The notes beneath the pieces are model-generated. The model was not told the origin of the DNA and ran no database searches. It was given only the letters and a program-made list of their open reading frames with translations. The position numbers and the translations under genes are program-made. Below, in pieces: positions 1 through 15,956 of a stretch of DNA of 64,000 nucleotides. The number at the start of each line of letters is the position of its first letter. Positions within the stretch are counted from its first letter, which is position 1. The DNA comes from the human T2T-CHM13v2.0 reference genome, Homo sapiens: assembly GCF_009914755.1 (NCBI RefSeq), contig NC_060935.1, one strand, 5' to 3'.

Positions 1-304
1 TGGCAAATACATTATTCCAGCCAGGAGGACTTTGCAAGCTCTATAGCTTTTTTCTTGGTGAGCTGATAATTTTAATGGAAGTCATTTGCTACTCCAAAAG
101 CTTTGCATGAATGCTGCATAGGAATAATTAGAAGCTGTAACAAGGAGTCAATTCTTTGTACAAATATTTATCTCACATAACTTTATATGATTGAAGATAA
201 TACATCGGTGCTTCTAAGATCCCACCTAAACACAATTTCTTTACAAACCTGTCAAAATTATTGAGTATCCGCTGTGTAAAAATACAGAAATAAAAAAGAT
301 AAAT

Positions 305-345
305 ATTACATATATACATACATATATATACACATACATATGTGA
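305..345. repeat. (TA/CATA)n microsatellite
   Basis: acatatatacatacatatatatacacatacatatg. Confidence 0.7.
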
Positions 346-851
346 AACAATGTAATCAATCTTGAGATAACAAAAAACACATAGAACTTCAAGTCTTGTC
401 ATTAGATACACTAAATCTGTGGGAAATTGGCAATGAAAAAGTTATGACCAAAATGAATTACTTCTGAGTTTTTAGCCATTTTTTTCAGTCAGTTGGGACA
501 TTCATATGTGAGGATTATGGAATGTAAGGAATGACAGAAATTGGTAGAGCAGCGAAATCTAGTCTCCCAGTTTGCAGTTTTGCCAAGAATTGCGGTGAGA
601 GATTGTATGTCATTAATTTCATCTTGGGGCTTCCTTTTGATATACCACTCCAATTTTGAGCAAGTTATCATGAAAAACATGGATCACTTAGATGTGAATG
701 AGAGTAACTTGAATAATGTAACTGGGCATCTAATTAATATAAGTTCTTGAAGAAACAAAACCAACTAGATTCAGAAGGCCTTGATTAGAAAAGGTGCTTT
801 TGAAACTATTGTTAATAATGCTAAATACAATAACTTGACTAAAACTTTTAT

Positions 852-1085
852 TAATAATTACCATGTGGCAAGTACTCTACCAATCATCTTGTATGTCTTT
901 TCTCATTTAACCCTCACATAGGTGGATGTGTTATCATTATCTTCATATAGATGAGGAAAGGGAGACTCAAATTGATAAAATAAATTTGCTCATAGTGACA
1001 CAGTTAATAATTAGAAGAAGTAGTCTTGATTAAATCAGAGGCAGGTGAGTCTTGGTTTTAAAAACCCATGTTCTTAACCATTATA
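852..1085 (-). mobile_element. MIR
   Basis: ctcatttaaccctcaca...atagatgaggaaagggagactca...gtgacacagttaataa...ttcttaaccatta. Confidence 0.7.
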
Positions 1086-1086
1086 A

Positions 1087-1275
1087 TGGTGTTTCTCAAA
1101 GTATGTTTTGTAGACCACAAACATTGAAATTATATTAGGTAACTATATTAAAAGGTTCCTAGGTCCCATACCAGACCTTCTGAATCAGATTCCTTGGGTA
1201 TGGGATCCAGGGCTCTGAATTTTTAACAAGCTTTTCAAGGTGATTCTTACGGACGCTAAAGTGTGAGAACCACTG
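1087..1275. mobile_element. MER5-family hAT-Charlie DNA transposon fossil
   Basis: Ends gtttctcaaa...tgagaaccactg; core ctgaatcaga...ttttaacaag...caaggtgattct. Confidence 0.75.
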
Positions 1276-3284
1276 CACTACCAGGGCTGAGGGTCAAGTT
1301 AGGCCAACTACCCTTCCCCTCAACCAGAAGGGCCACCCTGAGAGTAGGTCTGAGAGGAAGCCATCCAACAGTAAAGGTAATGGGAAAAGACGTTATTACT
1401 TTGATTATGAAAAGACAGTTTAGTTGGAGATTCTTTAGTCATAGTATACATTATAGAAATAACTTCAGACTCGAATTTGATTGCTGTCATTTATGGAACT
1501 GTTCTCGGAACCATAGATTGAGAAAAACAACGTTGTATCCTTTCTCCTAAGCTCAGAAATGCTCAGTAACTTGACCTTCAGCTTTGGCACCAACTTCCCT
1601 TTCCTTGCACCAGAAGAATTCTTCCAACAGAAGGCAAGAAAAGAGAAGATCCAAGAAGATGGACAGTGAGAAAGGGAATTGGCATTTTCGTAGGAAAGAG
1701 GACTACTTCAGAGAGAGGTTCCTAAAATTGAGGTGTAATGAAGGCTTGTCTTCCTCACAGGGTGGAGATCAGATTGGATACAGATATGAACGTGCATATT
1801 GCCTTGCAAAGAAGCTTTCTAAGGACATTAAACAGTGAGAAATGGTCAGTTGTGGCACCAGGACGGAGATTTATGCCAAAGAATCTTATCGGAAGTAGAT
1901 TCCATCCATTTTCAGTGCCAGCACCAAAATGTTCCACCCATAATTTTAGGATTGCCCTGGGGCAAGCTGGGAGGTGTCTGTGGTGTAAATTAGCTTTTTC
2001 CCTTCTCAGATCTGTCTTCCTTTCCCTTCCATGTTATCTACATTTCATAAGTTATCTATACAGTTTAAACACCTCTTTTGTTTTACTTTGCTTTGTTCTA
2101 TTTTATTGACCATTCTTTGACACTTGCCATGTGTGTTTTGAATTCCAAAGTCAATTTCAAGATGGTTTCCATTGTTAAGAATTTGAAGCAAAAGACTGTG
2201 AGGAAAGCAAATATAGAAATTTCTTAGGGAAAACATGATTGTAATAAAGTATATGTTAGTAAATATTTTTCTGCTCTATAGCAGTGGTCTTACTATTCCT
2301 TCCTAAGGGAATTTCTTTATTGTTTTTTCAATTTTTAATACAAAATAAGTGCATCTGAAGGGGAGGAAGAACTCTTAAAAGCTCCAATGATTGGGTGAAT
2401 CCTTATGGAAAAATCATAAAAAGAAAAAACCCGGCTGTCAGAGTTAGAGTATCTAATTTCCTTTTCTCTGCCAGATATTTTATTTGCCTGTTGAAATCTC
2501 TGATTGTTATATTATCTCCTATGCTGTAGATTTTTAATCTTTGGAATGTAGACTACTTCAAGATCTGAGTTATTATTATTCAGTAATGACAAGAGTATTT
2601 GGCCATTGTCAGATCATTTGGCCAAAAGAGATCCTGTTTGCCTAATTCTTTTTCTTATTTCTTGACTCAGTTGTGTAATATTGTCACTTGTACCCTGTTT
2701 ATAGTTCTATCTGTGTAAAAACCAAATTATGAGTTACTTAAAGGTAAGTTCTTTAATATTATGCTTTGTTTAATCAGTATAAAACAACTTTTCAAAGTGT
2801 TGTTCTACAGTTCTGAGATAAGCATCTCAAGTAGCTTTTAAATTAGTTCCCCACACCTAAATACAAGTGAGAATTGTACATTTTTCTGCTTGTCATCAAC
2901 TGCCTCTTCTCCTCAGTCTTAACCATGTTTCACTAACCATGCCCATCTGTTGTGTCTTATTAAGAATCTGTACACCATCAGCTTCACACTTTTGGAGTAT
3001 TGTACAAAAGCTTCATGGAGAATGTGACTATGTTTTAAATGAGGTGAAATTTTCCTCCCCAGGTAGGGACTAGTTTTGTTTCTCACTTGAAATTGAGACA
3101 TTTCAGAAGATTATTATGAGTATGAAATCTGATTTCAGAATACATTACAATCATTCTCTTGACAGAAAATTTAATCAGAATATTTAAAGCATTGTTCTAC
3201 AATGCAGCAATTTGTCAGTTTTATCAGTAGATTCTTCAAATAAATATATAAATTTTAAAATTTTTCAAAAAAATGTTTTTCTCT

Positions 3285-3586
3285 GGCTGGGCACAGTGGC
3301 TCATGCCTGTGATCCCAGCACTTTGGGAGGCCAAGGCACGCAGATCACTTGAGGTCAGGAGTTCAAGACCAGCCTGGCCAACATGGTGAAACCTCTTCTC
3401 TACTAAAAATACAAAAATTAGCCGGGCATGGTGCTGCATGCCTGTAATCCCAGCTACTCAAGAGGCTGAGAGGCGAGAGAATTGCTTGAAACCAGGAGGC
3501 GGAGGTTGCAGTGAGCCAAGATTGCGCCACTGCACTCCAGCCTGAGCAACAGAGCGAGACTCTGTCTCAAAAAAGAAAAGAAAAAA
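3285..3586 (+). mobile_element. Alu (AluS)
   Basis: Full dimer, A tail, degenerate TSD aaaaatgttt(t)tctct. Confidence 0.93.
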
Positions 3587-4065
3587 TATGTTTCTCTTCC
3601 TTTGTTTGCCTTATTTACCAATAAAATCTGAAATCCCAAACTGCTTCTATAGGTCAGGCAATATCAGTAATTTTTATTTTAGTGTTTTATATTAACTGCT
3701 GCTTAAAATCTGTGGGGATAATCTGCTGTATTTTGGGGTGTTTATACAGAGGCTTTGACAATGGTAATGATGGCGGTGATAGATTTTCTTGGAAGACAGT
3801 GGCCTGAGAAGACTCTCTTGGCTTTATAGCTACCTAGGTGGAGGTCTCTTGTTATGGTCCTTCCTAGAATGGCCTGTGCATATCTCCCAGTGCTTTCTTG
3901 CTATTTTACAATTCTATAAACTATAGGTCTGTGTCATGTACTAGACTGAACTCTGTGGGGGCAAAGAATGTTTCTTATTTATATTTGTATCTCTAGTACA
4001 TGGCAGAATGCATACCCCACAGCATATTGTAAATACTCTATCAATGTTTATTAAGAGATTGAGAA

Positions 4066-4361
4066 GACCAGGTGCAGTGGCTCACACCTGTAATCCCAGC
4101 ACTTTGGGAGGCCAAGGCAGGAGGATTGCTTAAGCTTAGGAGTTCGAGACCAGCCTGGGCAACACAACCCTGTCTATACTAAAAATGCAAAAAAAAAAAA
4201 AAAAAATAGCCTGGTTTGGTGCTGCGTACCTGTGGTCCCAGCTACTCAGGAGGCTGAGGTGAGACGATCACTTGAGCCTTGGGGGCAGAGGTTGCAATGA
4301 GCCAAGATTGCGCCACTGCACTCCAGCCTGGGTGACTGAGCGATACTGTATCCAACAAAAA
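4066..4361 (+). mobile_element. Alu (AluJ)
   Basis: Full dimer; TSD agagattgaga. Confidence 0.92.
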
Positions 4362-5500
4362 GAGAGAGAGATTGAGAGAATTAACACTCTGACATTGACA
4401 ATTACTGTTTTGAATTATCAAAACAGTGGACCAAGATAGAGTTGGCCAAGAACATATTTATATTACTTTTAACTATTTCTCTGTTAATAATGGCTCTAGT
4501 TGTTCATTTACTAAGGAATGTGTTGTTTTTCAATTTACCAAGAAGGTTCAACATTCTAAATGTATTTATATGCACATAATTTTGTTCAGGAATATTTATG
4601 TTTTGGTTATTATATGAATTCAAGCTACTTTTTTTACCTACTCTCCCTCTGTACAACTCACCAGTTTTAACATTCCATGAGGATAACTAACATAGTAGTT
4701 GTCGCCATTTTTTAAATGTTTTTAGAGAAACTCATTAAGGTTAATGGAAAGAAACAGGGACAAGTCATTCAAAATGCAAAATTCAGTTTGTTTCTGAACT
4801 GCATTTCTTAATGTTTCTGAAATGTCTGTTCTGAAATTTTGTTTCACATTGTGCCTTATTTATTACTGGTGATTTTGGCATTTCAAATAAAATTTTAAAA
4901 TTATGCTATGGAATTCTTACCTGAGTTACTCGTAAGCTAGTTGCCCAATTCTCATTTAATTTTCTGACTTAATCTTTTCTCAGACCCATTTTATGTTCTT
5001 ATACTCTAGATGTTTAGCTAACTTAAATTTCCCTTGAGAGATAAATAGAAACTTTAAAAAAGGACTTTTCTATTATTTTAATCTGAAGATAGAAATGGAA
5101 AGAAACCTCAGTGTGCTCTTTGTTTTCCAATAGCCTAAGAATAAATTTATGCAAATACTTATTGAGCATCTGTTACTCATAAGTCCTTATTCTTAGTGCC
5201 ATGGACTACAACTTGCATAAGATGTGTTTTTTTACTTTCAATTATTTTGAATAAATGAGACATATTTACATAACAAAGCTTAAAGAGCAAGGCAGGATTT
5301 TTAAAAATGAGATGGCATTTGAATTGGAACTTGAAGGACTATTGAAAATATGTAGTCTGCCTGACTGGTATTTTTGGATAGATCTTGAATTATCACTGCC
5401 TTTGCTGATAAACTCTCATTTTGGGTGCATGTTTTTTCCGTTTTGGTAAATATTGCTGGTTTTGTAGTCTTTGAGGTGATTTTGCATATGTTTACTCTGA

Positions 5501-5965
<465 letters not shown>

Positions 5966-6222
5966 TTATGAGGTTTATATGAGAACAAAGCAGTTCAGGT
6001 TGGCTAGAGCAAATGGAAGAGGAAAGGTAGATAGGAGGAGGAGATGTAATAAGAACAGAGAGTAAGGGAATAAAATGGGCTGCAACTATACGTCATGCAG
6101 GTTCAGTATTCTGACTAGGCTAAGGAGTAACATGGGCTTAATTAATTCCATAGGCGTGGAAGAGCTATTAAGAATATTTAAATAAAAAATGACCTTCTTG
6201 AAGTTCTGCTTTAGAAAGATGA

Positions 6223-6256
6223 TTTTTATTTACTTATTTATTTTTTCATTTTTATT

Positions 6257-6299
<43 letters not shown>

Positions 6300-6586
6300 T
6301 TTTTGAGACAGAGTCTTGCTCTGTCACCCAGGCTGGAGTGCAGTGGCGTGAGCTCGGCTCACTGCAACCTCCGCCTCCTGGGTTCAAGTGATTCTTCTGC
6401 CTCAGCCTCCCTAGTACTAGGACTACAGGTACGCACCACCACGCCCGGTTAATTTTTGTATTTTTAGTAGAGACAGGGTTTCACCATATTGGCCAGGCTG
6501 GTCTCAAACTCCTGACCTCATGATCCACCCGTCTTGGCCTCCCACCAAAGTGCTGGGATTACAGGCATGAGCCACTGCACTGGGCC
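6223..6586 (-). mobile_element. Alu (AluS) with (TTTA)n tail microsatellite
   Basis: Reverse-complement dimer; (ttta)n about 6255-6304. Confidence 0.92.
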
Positions 6587-6621
6587 TGGAAAGATTAATT
6601 TGTATTAGAATCGAGAGATAC

Positions 6622-6926
6622 GGCCGAGTGCAGTGGTTCACACCTATAATCCCAGCACTTTGGGAGGCCGAGGCAGGCAAATCACTTGAGCCTAGGAGTT
6701 CGAGACCAGCCTGGGCAACATGGCAAAACTCCATCTCTACAAAAAACACAAAAATTAGCCAGGCACAGTGGCATATGCCTGTAGTCCTAGCTACTCAGAG
6801 GCTGAGGTAGGAGAATCACCTGAGCCCGGTGATCAAGGATGCAGTGAGCCATGACCACACCACTGCACTCCAGCTTGGGTGACAGAGTGAGGCCTTGTCA
6901 CAAAAAAAAAAGAAGAAGAAGAAGAA
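6622..6926 (+). mobile_element. Alu (AluJ)
   Basis: Dimer, (gaa)n tail, degenerate TSD agaat..(a)gagatac. Confidence 0.92.
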
Positions 6927-7313
6927 TTAGGAGATACTAGAGCCATAGTGATTATTTTAAGAAGTACTACAGTAACCAAATGAAATGGGTCAGTACTAAT
7001 ATGAGGTAATAGCAACAGAACTCATTTGGGGAAGAGGTGGTAGGGGAATGAGCCAGATGGGAGAGAGATTCCAGAAAGAAAATGCAGAGCCCGGCATTCT
7101 TTTCCAAAAACATAAGAATAAATGAAAGGTTAACATGTGTCAGAGAAGGATTTGAAAATCAAATGCTTGATCCAGATACCTTTGTATTAATACTATCTAT
7201 AGAACATCTTTGCCAGTTACATGATTTGCTGTCTTTTAATGGCCAGTTTGTGTGATACTGATTACGTGATCATTTTTTCATTTTTATTTACTTTCATAAT
7301 CTTCTTTATTAAG

Positions 7314-7450
7314 TTTTACTATCATTGGAGCTATTCTTTAGTCTCTTATCTGTTATTGTCGGTGCCTTTTAATTTTGCAATTTTACTGTTATTGGAGACA
7401 TTTTTTGTCTCTCATCTGTTATTGTTGGCCCCTTTTAATTTGCAATATTA
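7314..7450. repeat. Diverged two-copy tandem repeat, unit ~66 bp
   Basis: ttttactatcattggagct...ccttttaattttgcaa followed by ttttactgttattggagac...ccttttaatttgcaa. Confidence 0.85.
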
Positions 7451-7914
7451 GTCTGATTTGACTTTTGCCTTTTCATCTACCTCCCATGTTCTAGACATGG
7501 CTTGTTAAGTAGGAGAACACACACGCAACCCAACTCTTGTGAAGGGAAATACAGTGTAAGGTTACAAAGATGTCTCATGGTAATTCAAGGATAGGAAGTG
7601 CAGCTTAGGCAGGCATCGTGGGAACCAGAAAGCTAAAAGATACCTTTTTTCTTAAAAGAGTAGTGTTGTTCTTTTTATTGGCCTCTCTGCTTCTTGAGAC
7701 ACATCTGTCTATGCCTCCTCACTGTCCCAGCTGGCTTCCTCCGTCGCTTATTCCTTTTACAATGGCTCAAACGCATTCTCCATTTTTTAAAGCTCTTTCA
7801 GCTCAGTTCCACACAGCTCACTGGCAGCTTCCGTCTTTGTCTCTCATTTTCCCAAGAAAGGGAATCTGATTCACCCACCTCACTTTTCAGTCCAAGTCAC
7901 AGAATCCTTCCTGA

Positions 7915-8470
7915 GCCATTAGCCTTTCAGCTAAAAGTAATAAAAACCTGATTCAAATTGGCTAAGAAATGAGGAAATGTATTATCTCCTGTAACAGGAA
8001 ATCCAAAGGAGGGGCAACTTTTAGAGTTGATTGGAGACGCAACAGTGTCAAGGAGACACAGGTTCTTTGCATCTCCTCACTCTGCCAGCCTCAGCTTTAT
8101 CTTTAGTAAAATGGCTACAGCAATTTCAGGTGTCACATCCAGATATTCAGAAAACCGAATGGCCATTTCTTCCTGTGGCTTTTTCTTAGGCGTGAGAAAA
8201 CATTTTCCTAAAATCTGCCCTGAAAATGAACCTCATGTTTCATTGGCTGGATTTGCAGTTAGAGACCTGTTTGGATTAATAAGCTCTGTTGGTGAGAAAG
8301 AGAAACCACCAAAATATACCATTTCTATACCCATCACTGGCCAGGGGGAAGGATTGCCCTGAGACGAAATCAGGCCCATTTGTGAAGTTGGGATTGAGGT
8401 CATTTTCCTCGGTGGTTAATGAAGCCTTGTATCTGGAGGGTGGAAGGGAATGGCAGTCTACTGATGGGGT
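7915..8470 (-). mobile_element. Old MaLR LTR (MLT1J/K-like)
   Basis: tttcagctaaaagtaataaaaacctgattcaaattggct...aaaatggctacagcaatttcaggtgtcacatcc...cctcatgtttcattggctgga. Confidence 0.55.
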
Positions 8471-9000
8471 CCCAGAAAAGCCCTTAGGTCCATATGCACC
8501 GTGTATAAGCTCTTCTTCTAAAATGAAAATTACTGTGAGAATTTTACCTGAAGAAAATTGAGTTTACTGCAACTATCTTTGGGTCAGGTGTGTACCTGTG
8601 TAGTATATATTACATACTTAGTGTTTATACTATGCATGGTGTAAAACCAGGCCACTTTGTGCTATGAGTGAGGACTCCCCAAAAGGGCATGGCAGACAGG
8701 TACCCTGAAATATATCTGGTATATACCTCTTTGAGATCAGTCTTCTGAAATCTTATAGATACAGTCCTTCCTCAGATTTTCCATAATGAATTATATTGAT
8801 TTCAGTTAAACACTGCTTCAATTTTGTCATAAAAAATATTTAGCAGTCAGTCACATGAAATTTTTACAAAGTTTGGAATATCTTTTAGGGAAAAGTTGCT
8901 TGGCCACAATGACTGTACCATGTGAGATTATAGTACCAGTAAAGACATACTTTCCAAAACTTGAACCTAATGGATTTAATATCCAAGCTGTGAAGTTGGC

Positions 9001-9155
9001 TTTTTTTTTTTTTTTTTTTTTTAGTTCTTCTTTTGTTTAAGAGATGAGGTCACACTGTAGTTTCCCAGGCTGGATTTGAACTCCTGGCCTCAAGTGATTC
9101 TCCTGCCTCAACCTCTTGAGTAGCTGGGATTAAGGCACACACCACCGTACCCAGC
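9001..9155 (-). mobile_element. Monomeric Alu (FLAM-like)
   Basis: Poly-T followed by a single reverse-complement Alu arm. Confidence 0.8.
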
Positions 9156-9761
9156 TGAGCTGTGTTATCTAATATGACTTTCAGGATTCCTAGTAAGGAG
9201 TGTCACACTTTGCATGGTATCTTGCTGAGTTTGTGCATACCAGTCGAGATGAATCTAAAAATACTGAGTATATACTCTTTCTCTTTGCTTGGTACAGCAT
9301 GCAAGCAGAAGATTCAAAATACATCATTGAAGAATAAGACTATTTATGCATCACAAGGAATATACTGCACTAGGTTAGAAGCCCAGAAAGTTCTTCTTTT
9401 TAAAGATGTATGTCAATACCCATACCAGCAGTTTGAGATTGATTGACTGATTGATTTTTTATAAGCCTTATTGCTAACAGAGAGAAGCCACAGAATGGGG
9501 AAGAGGGAAAAGAAAAGGAAGCAGGAAGAGCACTAAAGACAGCTGTCTTCTTTTCAGTTTTACCAAGAGCCCTGATGCCTACTTTTGAAAATGGTTTTAG
9601 ATACTTCTATAAGCCAATATTTCCTACATGTTCTACAGAAGCCAGTCCCTGACCAGCTCCTTTAAAAAGGATTCTGTAGTCACAAATACCATAGTGGAAA
9701 ATATTAAATTCTTCTTCTGGGTATTTACACTGCATGTTAGTAAATTAAAAGACTGAGACTG

Positions 9762-10122
9762 TGTATTAGTTGATTCTCATACTGCTATTAGGAAATACCT
9801 GAGACTGGGTAATTTATAAAGAAAAAGAGGTTTAATGGACTCACAGTTCCACATGGCCAGGGAGGCCTTACAATCATGGCAGAAGGCGAAGGAGGAGCAA
9901 AGGCACCTCTTACATGGCAGCAGGCAAGAGTGCATGTGCAGAGGAACTGCCCTTTATAAAACCATCGGATCTCGTGAAACTTACTATCATGAGAACATCA
10001 TGGGAAAACCCTGCCCACATGATTCAGTTTACCTCCCACCAGGTCCCTCCCATGACATGTTGGGATTATGGGAGCCACAATTCAAGATGAGATTTGGGTG
10101 GGGACACAGCCAAACCATATCA
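9762..10122 (-). mobile_element. THE1-family solo LTR (ERVL-MaLR)
   Basis: tgtattagt...gagactgggtaatttataaagaaaaagaggtttaatggactcacagttccacatggc...gatttgggtggggacacagccaaaccatatca is the reverse complement of the THE1 LTR, both ends present. Confidence 0.92.
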
Positions 10123-10536
10123 GTGTGTAATAAATAACTCAAATTTCTTTAATCCTATATTTTCCAAACTTTCTTAGTCACCAAATGTCTCTTTTCACAT
10201 ACATCTTTTAACATCTTGCAGGGCACACTGGGAACTGCTAAGGTCAGAGAGGAGTGTTCTTGAGCAGAGGAATGACATTATGAAAGCAGTGTTTTAGTCA
10301 AAGTAATGTATATAGGATGATTGGAGACAGAAGAGATTGGAAACGTAAGATCCTGTTTGGAAGCTATTGGAATATTTTGGGATAAAGAAGATGTCACAGA
10401 TGGATAATAATAGCAAATATTCATTCGTCAATTCAGCAAATATTTATTAAGCACTAACTATATGACAAGCATTGTTCCAGATCCAGGGGATACAGAGAGA
10501 AAACAGTTCAAAATCCTTGTCCACATTCACATCCTA

Positions 10537-11404
<868 letters not shown>

Positions 11405-12019
11405 TAGTAGGGTAAAGGTAGAGTCTCTGAGGTGGTGGTTAGAGGGAGACCTTTCTGATGAGTGGTCATTTAAGCAGAAAAGTTAGGAATTAAGTTAGGA
11501 AGAAAGCAATGTGGATATCTAAACACAGAGAACAGCCAGACGAAGGCCTTGAGGTCAGAACCCAAGACTAGAGGGTGGTAGAGGGTGGTGGGAGATGCAG
11601 GGAGGCGTGGTGAGGCATGGGAAGGGACAGGATATGGTTGAGATCACATGGGGTCTAATAGACCATGGTAGAGACTTGGAATTTTGTACTGAGTGAGACT
11701 GGAAGCCAGTGGAGCATTTTGAGCAGAGCCGTGTCATGGAAAGACTCATTTTTTCAGTGGTTACTCTGACTTCTGTGTGGAGAACAGACTGGAGTGGAGC
11801 TGGAGTAGAGAGAGGAGACTGGTTAGGAGCATTGCCACAGTCCAGGCATGAGACGATGGTGTCTTGGCCTTAGGGGGTCATGGTGCAGGTGGTAGGAAGC
11901 AAGAGCTTCGGGGTACGTTTTCAAGGTAGGAGTTGACAGAAATGGATGACACCATGCTCCAGATTTTAAGTGTTTAAGCCTAATTATTTGATCCTTATAA
12001 AAACCTTTGGGAATGGATA

Positions 12020-12150
12020 GAGTTATTATCACTGTTTTGCATTTGAGGAGACTAAAGCACAGAAAAGTAGCTTGCCTGAGATCATACAGCCAATAAGTGG
12101 TGGCACTGGATTTGAAGCTTCAGATCCTGTGCTCTAATCATTATGCTACA
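12020..12150 (-). mobile_element. MIR
   Basis: tttgcatttgaggagactaaagcacagaaaagtagcttgcctgagatcatacagc. Confidence 0.65.
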
Positions 12151-12415
12151 CCCTCCCCCACTCCCCACTCTCCAGGGAGGAAGTAGAAGGAAACCCTGGG
12201 CCAGGGCCAAATAGCACATAATGCCTCTGCCTTCCACCTTCCAGCCAGTAAGTGCAAAATTCCTAAGAAATGAAATCAAAATTTCTCCTCTTTAATCAGC
12301 TTTTAAAGTGTTGACCTAGTTCTGCATAACCTTGTCCTTTTCTGTATTTTTCTATGGAACAATTTTTGGAAGACTTTCAGAGTTTTGGGGGGCAAATCGT
12401 GTCTTCTATTTTTCA

Positions 12416-12882
<467 letters not shown>

Positions 12883-13391
12883 TTAGAGAAATGGGATAGC
12901 AATCAAGGCATTGTACACTGTCTTTTGTTTCTCTGCCTAAGATGGCCTAACTACTTTGATTCTGATGGGTTTAGTTGGAACAGCGGAACTCTTAGTACTG
13001 CTGATCGTATCACCCTTTCTTTTCCTTTTCCCCTATTAGCTTGGGAGCTTGGGGACTTTAGAGCACTTTCAGGAAGGGAGAAGACAATTCTAAGAATTTA
13101 CACATTTGAAGTATTTTTTTCCATTTACAGTGGCTCTAAGCTAACCAAGTAAATCAAGGTTAAATTAAATATCTCCCACAATCCTACAGTCCACTGAACT
13201 CTGCTTCTAAAATAGTGGACTTGGAGAATGGTTGAAGTAAGAAAGGAATGGATCCAGATGCTGTAGGAATTTGGTAGGATTTGGTGATGTACCAGGGATA
13301 CTATGGGGCAAGTGTAGACCAGGGATGGGATGGAATGATCACAGTAAGGCCAGAGTGGGTAGGAGATATTAGAATCAACATTTAGAAATGT

Positions 13392-13690
13392 CAGAAGTTC
13401 AAGACCAGCCTGGGCAACATGGCGAAACCCCATGTTTACAAAAAAAAAAAATACACACACACTAGCCGGGTGTGGTGGTGTGTGCCTGCTGCAGTCCCAG
13501 CTACTGGGGTAGGAGGTGTGTGGTGGGGGTGCTTCTGAGGTTGGAGGAAAGTAGAGACAGCGAAACCCTGTCTCTACTAAACCTTGAGCTCAGGAGATCA
13601 AGGCTGCAGTGACCGTGATTGCATCACTGCACTCCAGCCAGGGTGACAGAGCAAGACCCTGTCTCAAAAAAAGAAAAAAAAAGGAAAAGA
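13392..13690 (+). mobile_element. 5'-truncated AluJ with internal insertions
   Basis: agttcaagaccagcctgggcaacatgg...ggctgcagtgaccgtgattgc...A tail. Confidence 0.85.
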
Positions 13691-13698
13691 AATATCGG

Positions 13699-14046
<348 letters not shown>

Positions 14047-15017
14047 CTAAACCTATGGTTCTGTTTTCCATGGACTTTGGTTCTCCATGCATTGCTCTCT
14101 AAATTACTAGACCACCGTTAAGGGTCAGAACCTTGGAGAGTTCCAGGCAGTAGACGCTTTACAATGTGTGTGACTACTGCACTAGCATGAAATGGACAGG
14201 ATGAAGCTAGTATAAATGATGCTGAAGCAGACCTCTCATGTGCTTTCTGTTGAAATCTCCAAGTTTAAAAGGCTGCCACCTCTACCTCCCCGCAACCTCA
14301 AGGAGATGTTGGTGCAGTGAAATATTTCAGTCCATCTTGTGAAAGAGGCATGAAATCAGCATAGTTACCGTAGGGTTTCTGTTAAATTTTGATGTTGTAG
14401 AGGGGTGTTGGAGTTCCTTTCAGGTTCTGTGCTTTCTCCTGAGGTCTTTTCTAAGGGTATGGTATTGCTTCTCTGTTATTTCCTGACCTGTTATAAAATT
14501 AATTGGAATCTTTGTAGGGTTGGAAGAGTGAGTTTGCCTAAATCTACCCTTGTCGTTTTCTGGTAAGTGCTTATATTTGTAACAGAAAGATTAAAAAAAG
14601 ATACTGTATGTTATACAGATAGTTTGTAAAAGCTGAAGGTAAGTTTAGGCTGTTGCTAGCCATAACAGACTTTTGCAGTATAATTAAGTTAAGGCTATCT
14701 CTGCTTTTTACCACCTCTAATTTCAGTAATCTTGTTTTGTTTTGTGGCACTAAAATAAATCTAGACACTTAAATTTTCATTGTTACAATCTCTTTTTCTT
14801 CAGTTTTAGGAAAAATGATGGTTTTCACATCAGATTACTAAATTTCTGATGCTTTGATTAAAATTTCATCATACTGTTTTTAAAAATGTTTAACCATCTG
14901 CATTTATGATGTCATATCAGGCTAAAAATAGGAACTTGAGTGTAAATATTAGGAAACACCTAACTAGCAAATCCTGGGCATAATAATAGCAGAGAGCAGA
15001 AAATTATATGAAAATAG

Positions 15018-15379
<362 letters not shown>

Positions 15380-15601
15380 GTAGTCATTATCTTTTTATAC
15401 TATTTGAGAGAACAGGAGCATTACAGTAAAATTCCTAAGTAGCCAACTGATTTGCAGTGCCAGAAATGAATACCGATCCTAAAAGGTGTGTGATGAAAAG
15501 GCAGTCTCCAGCATTACATTAGCATTTCAATTAGATTTTGGAGATGATTTAGCTATGGATAACAATAATAGGGATCAGTGAGAAATATGTAAGATTTTTA
15601 A

Positions 15602-15956
<355 letters not shown>

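Noticed and set aside
1584-2109. Overlapping 84- and 123-aa ORFs in non-Alu sequence
   Set aside because: No homology recognised and no splice support; within the range expected by chance.
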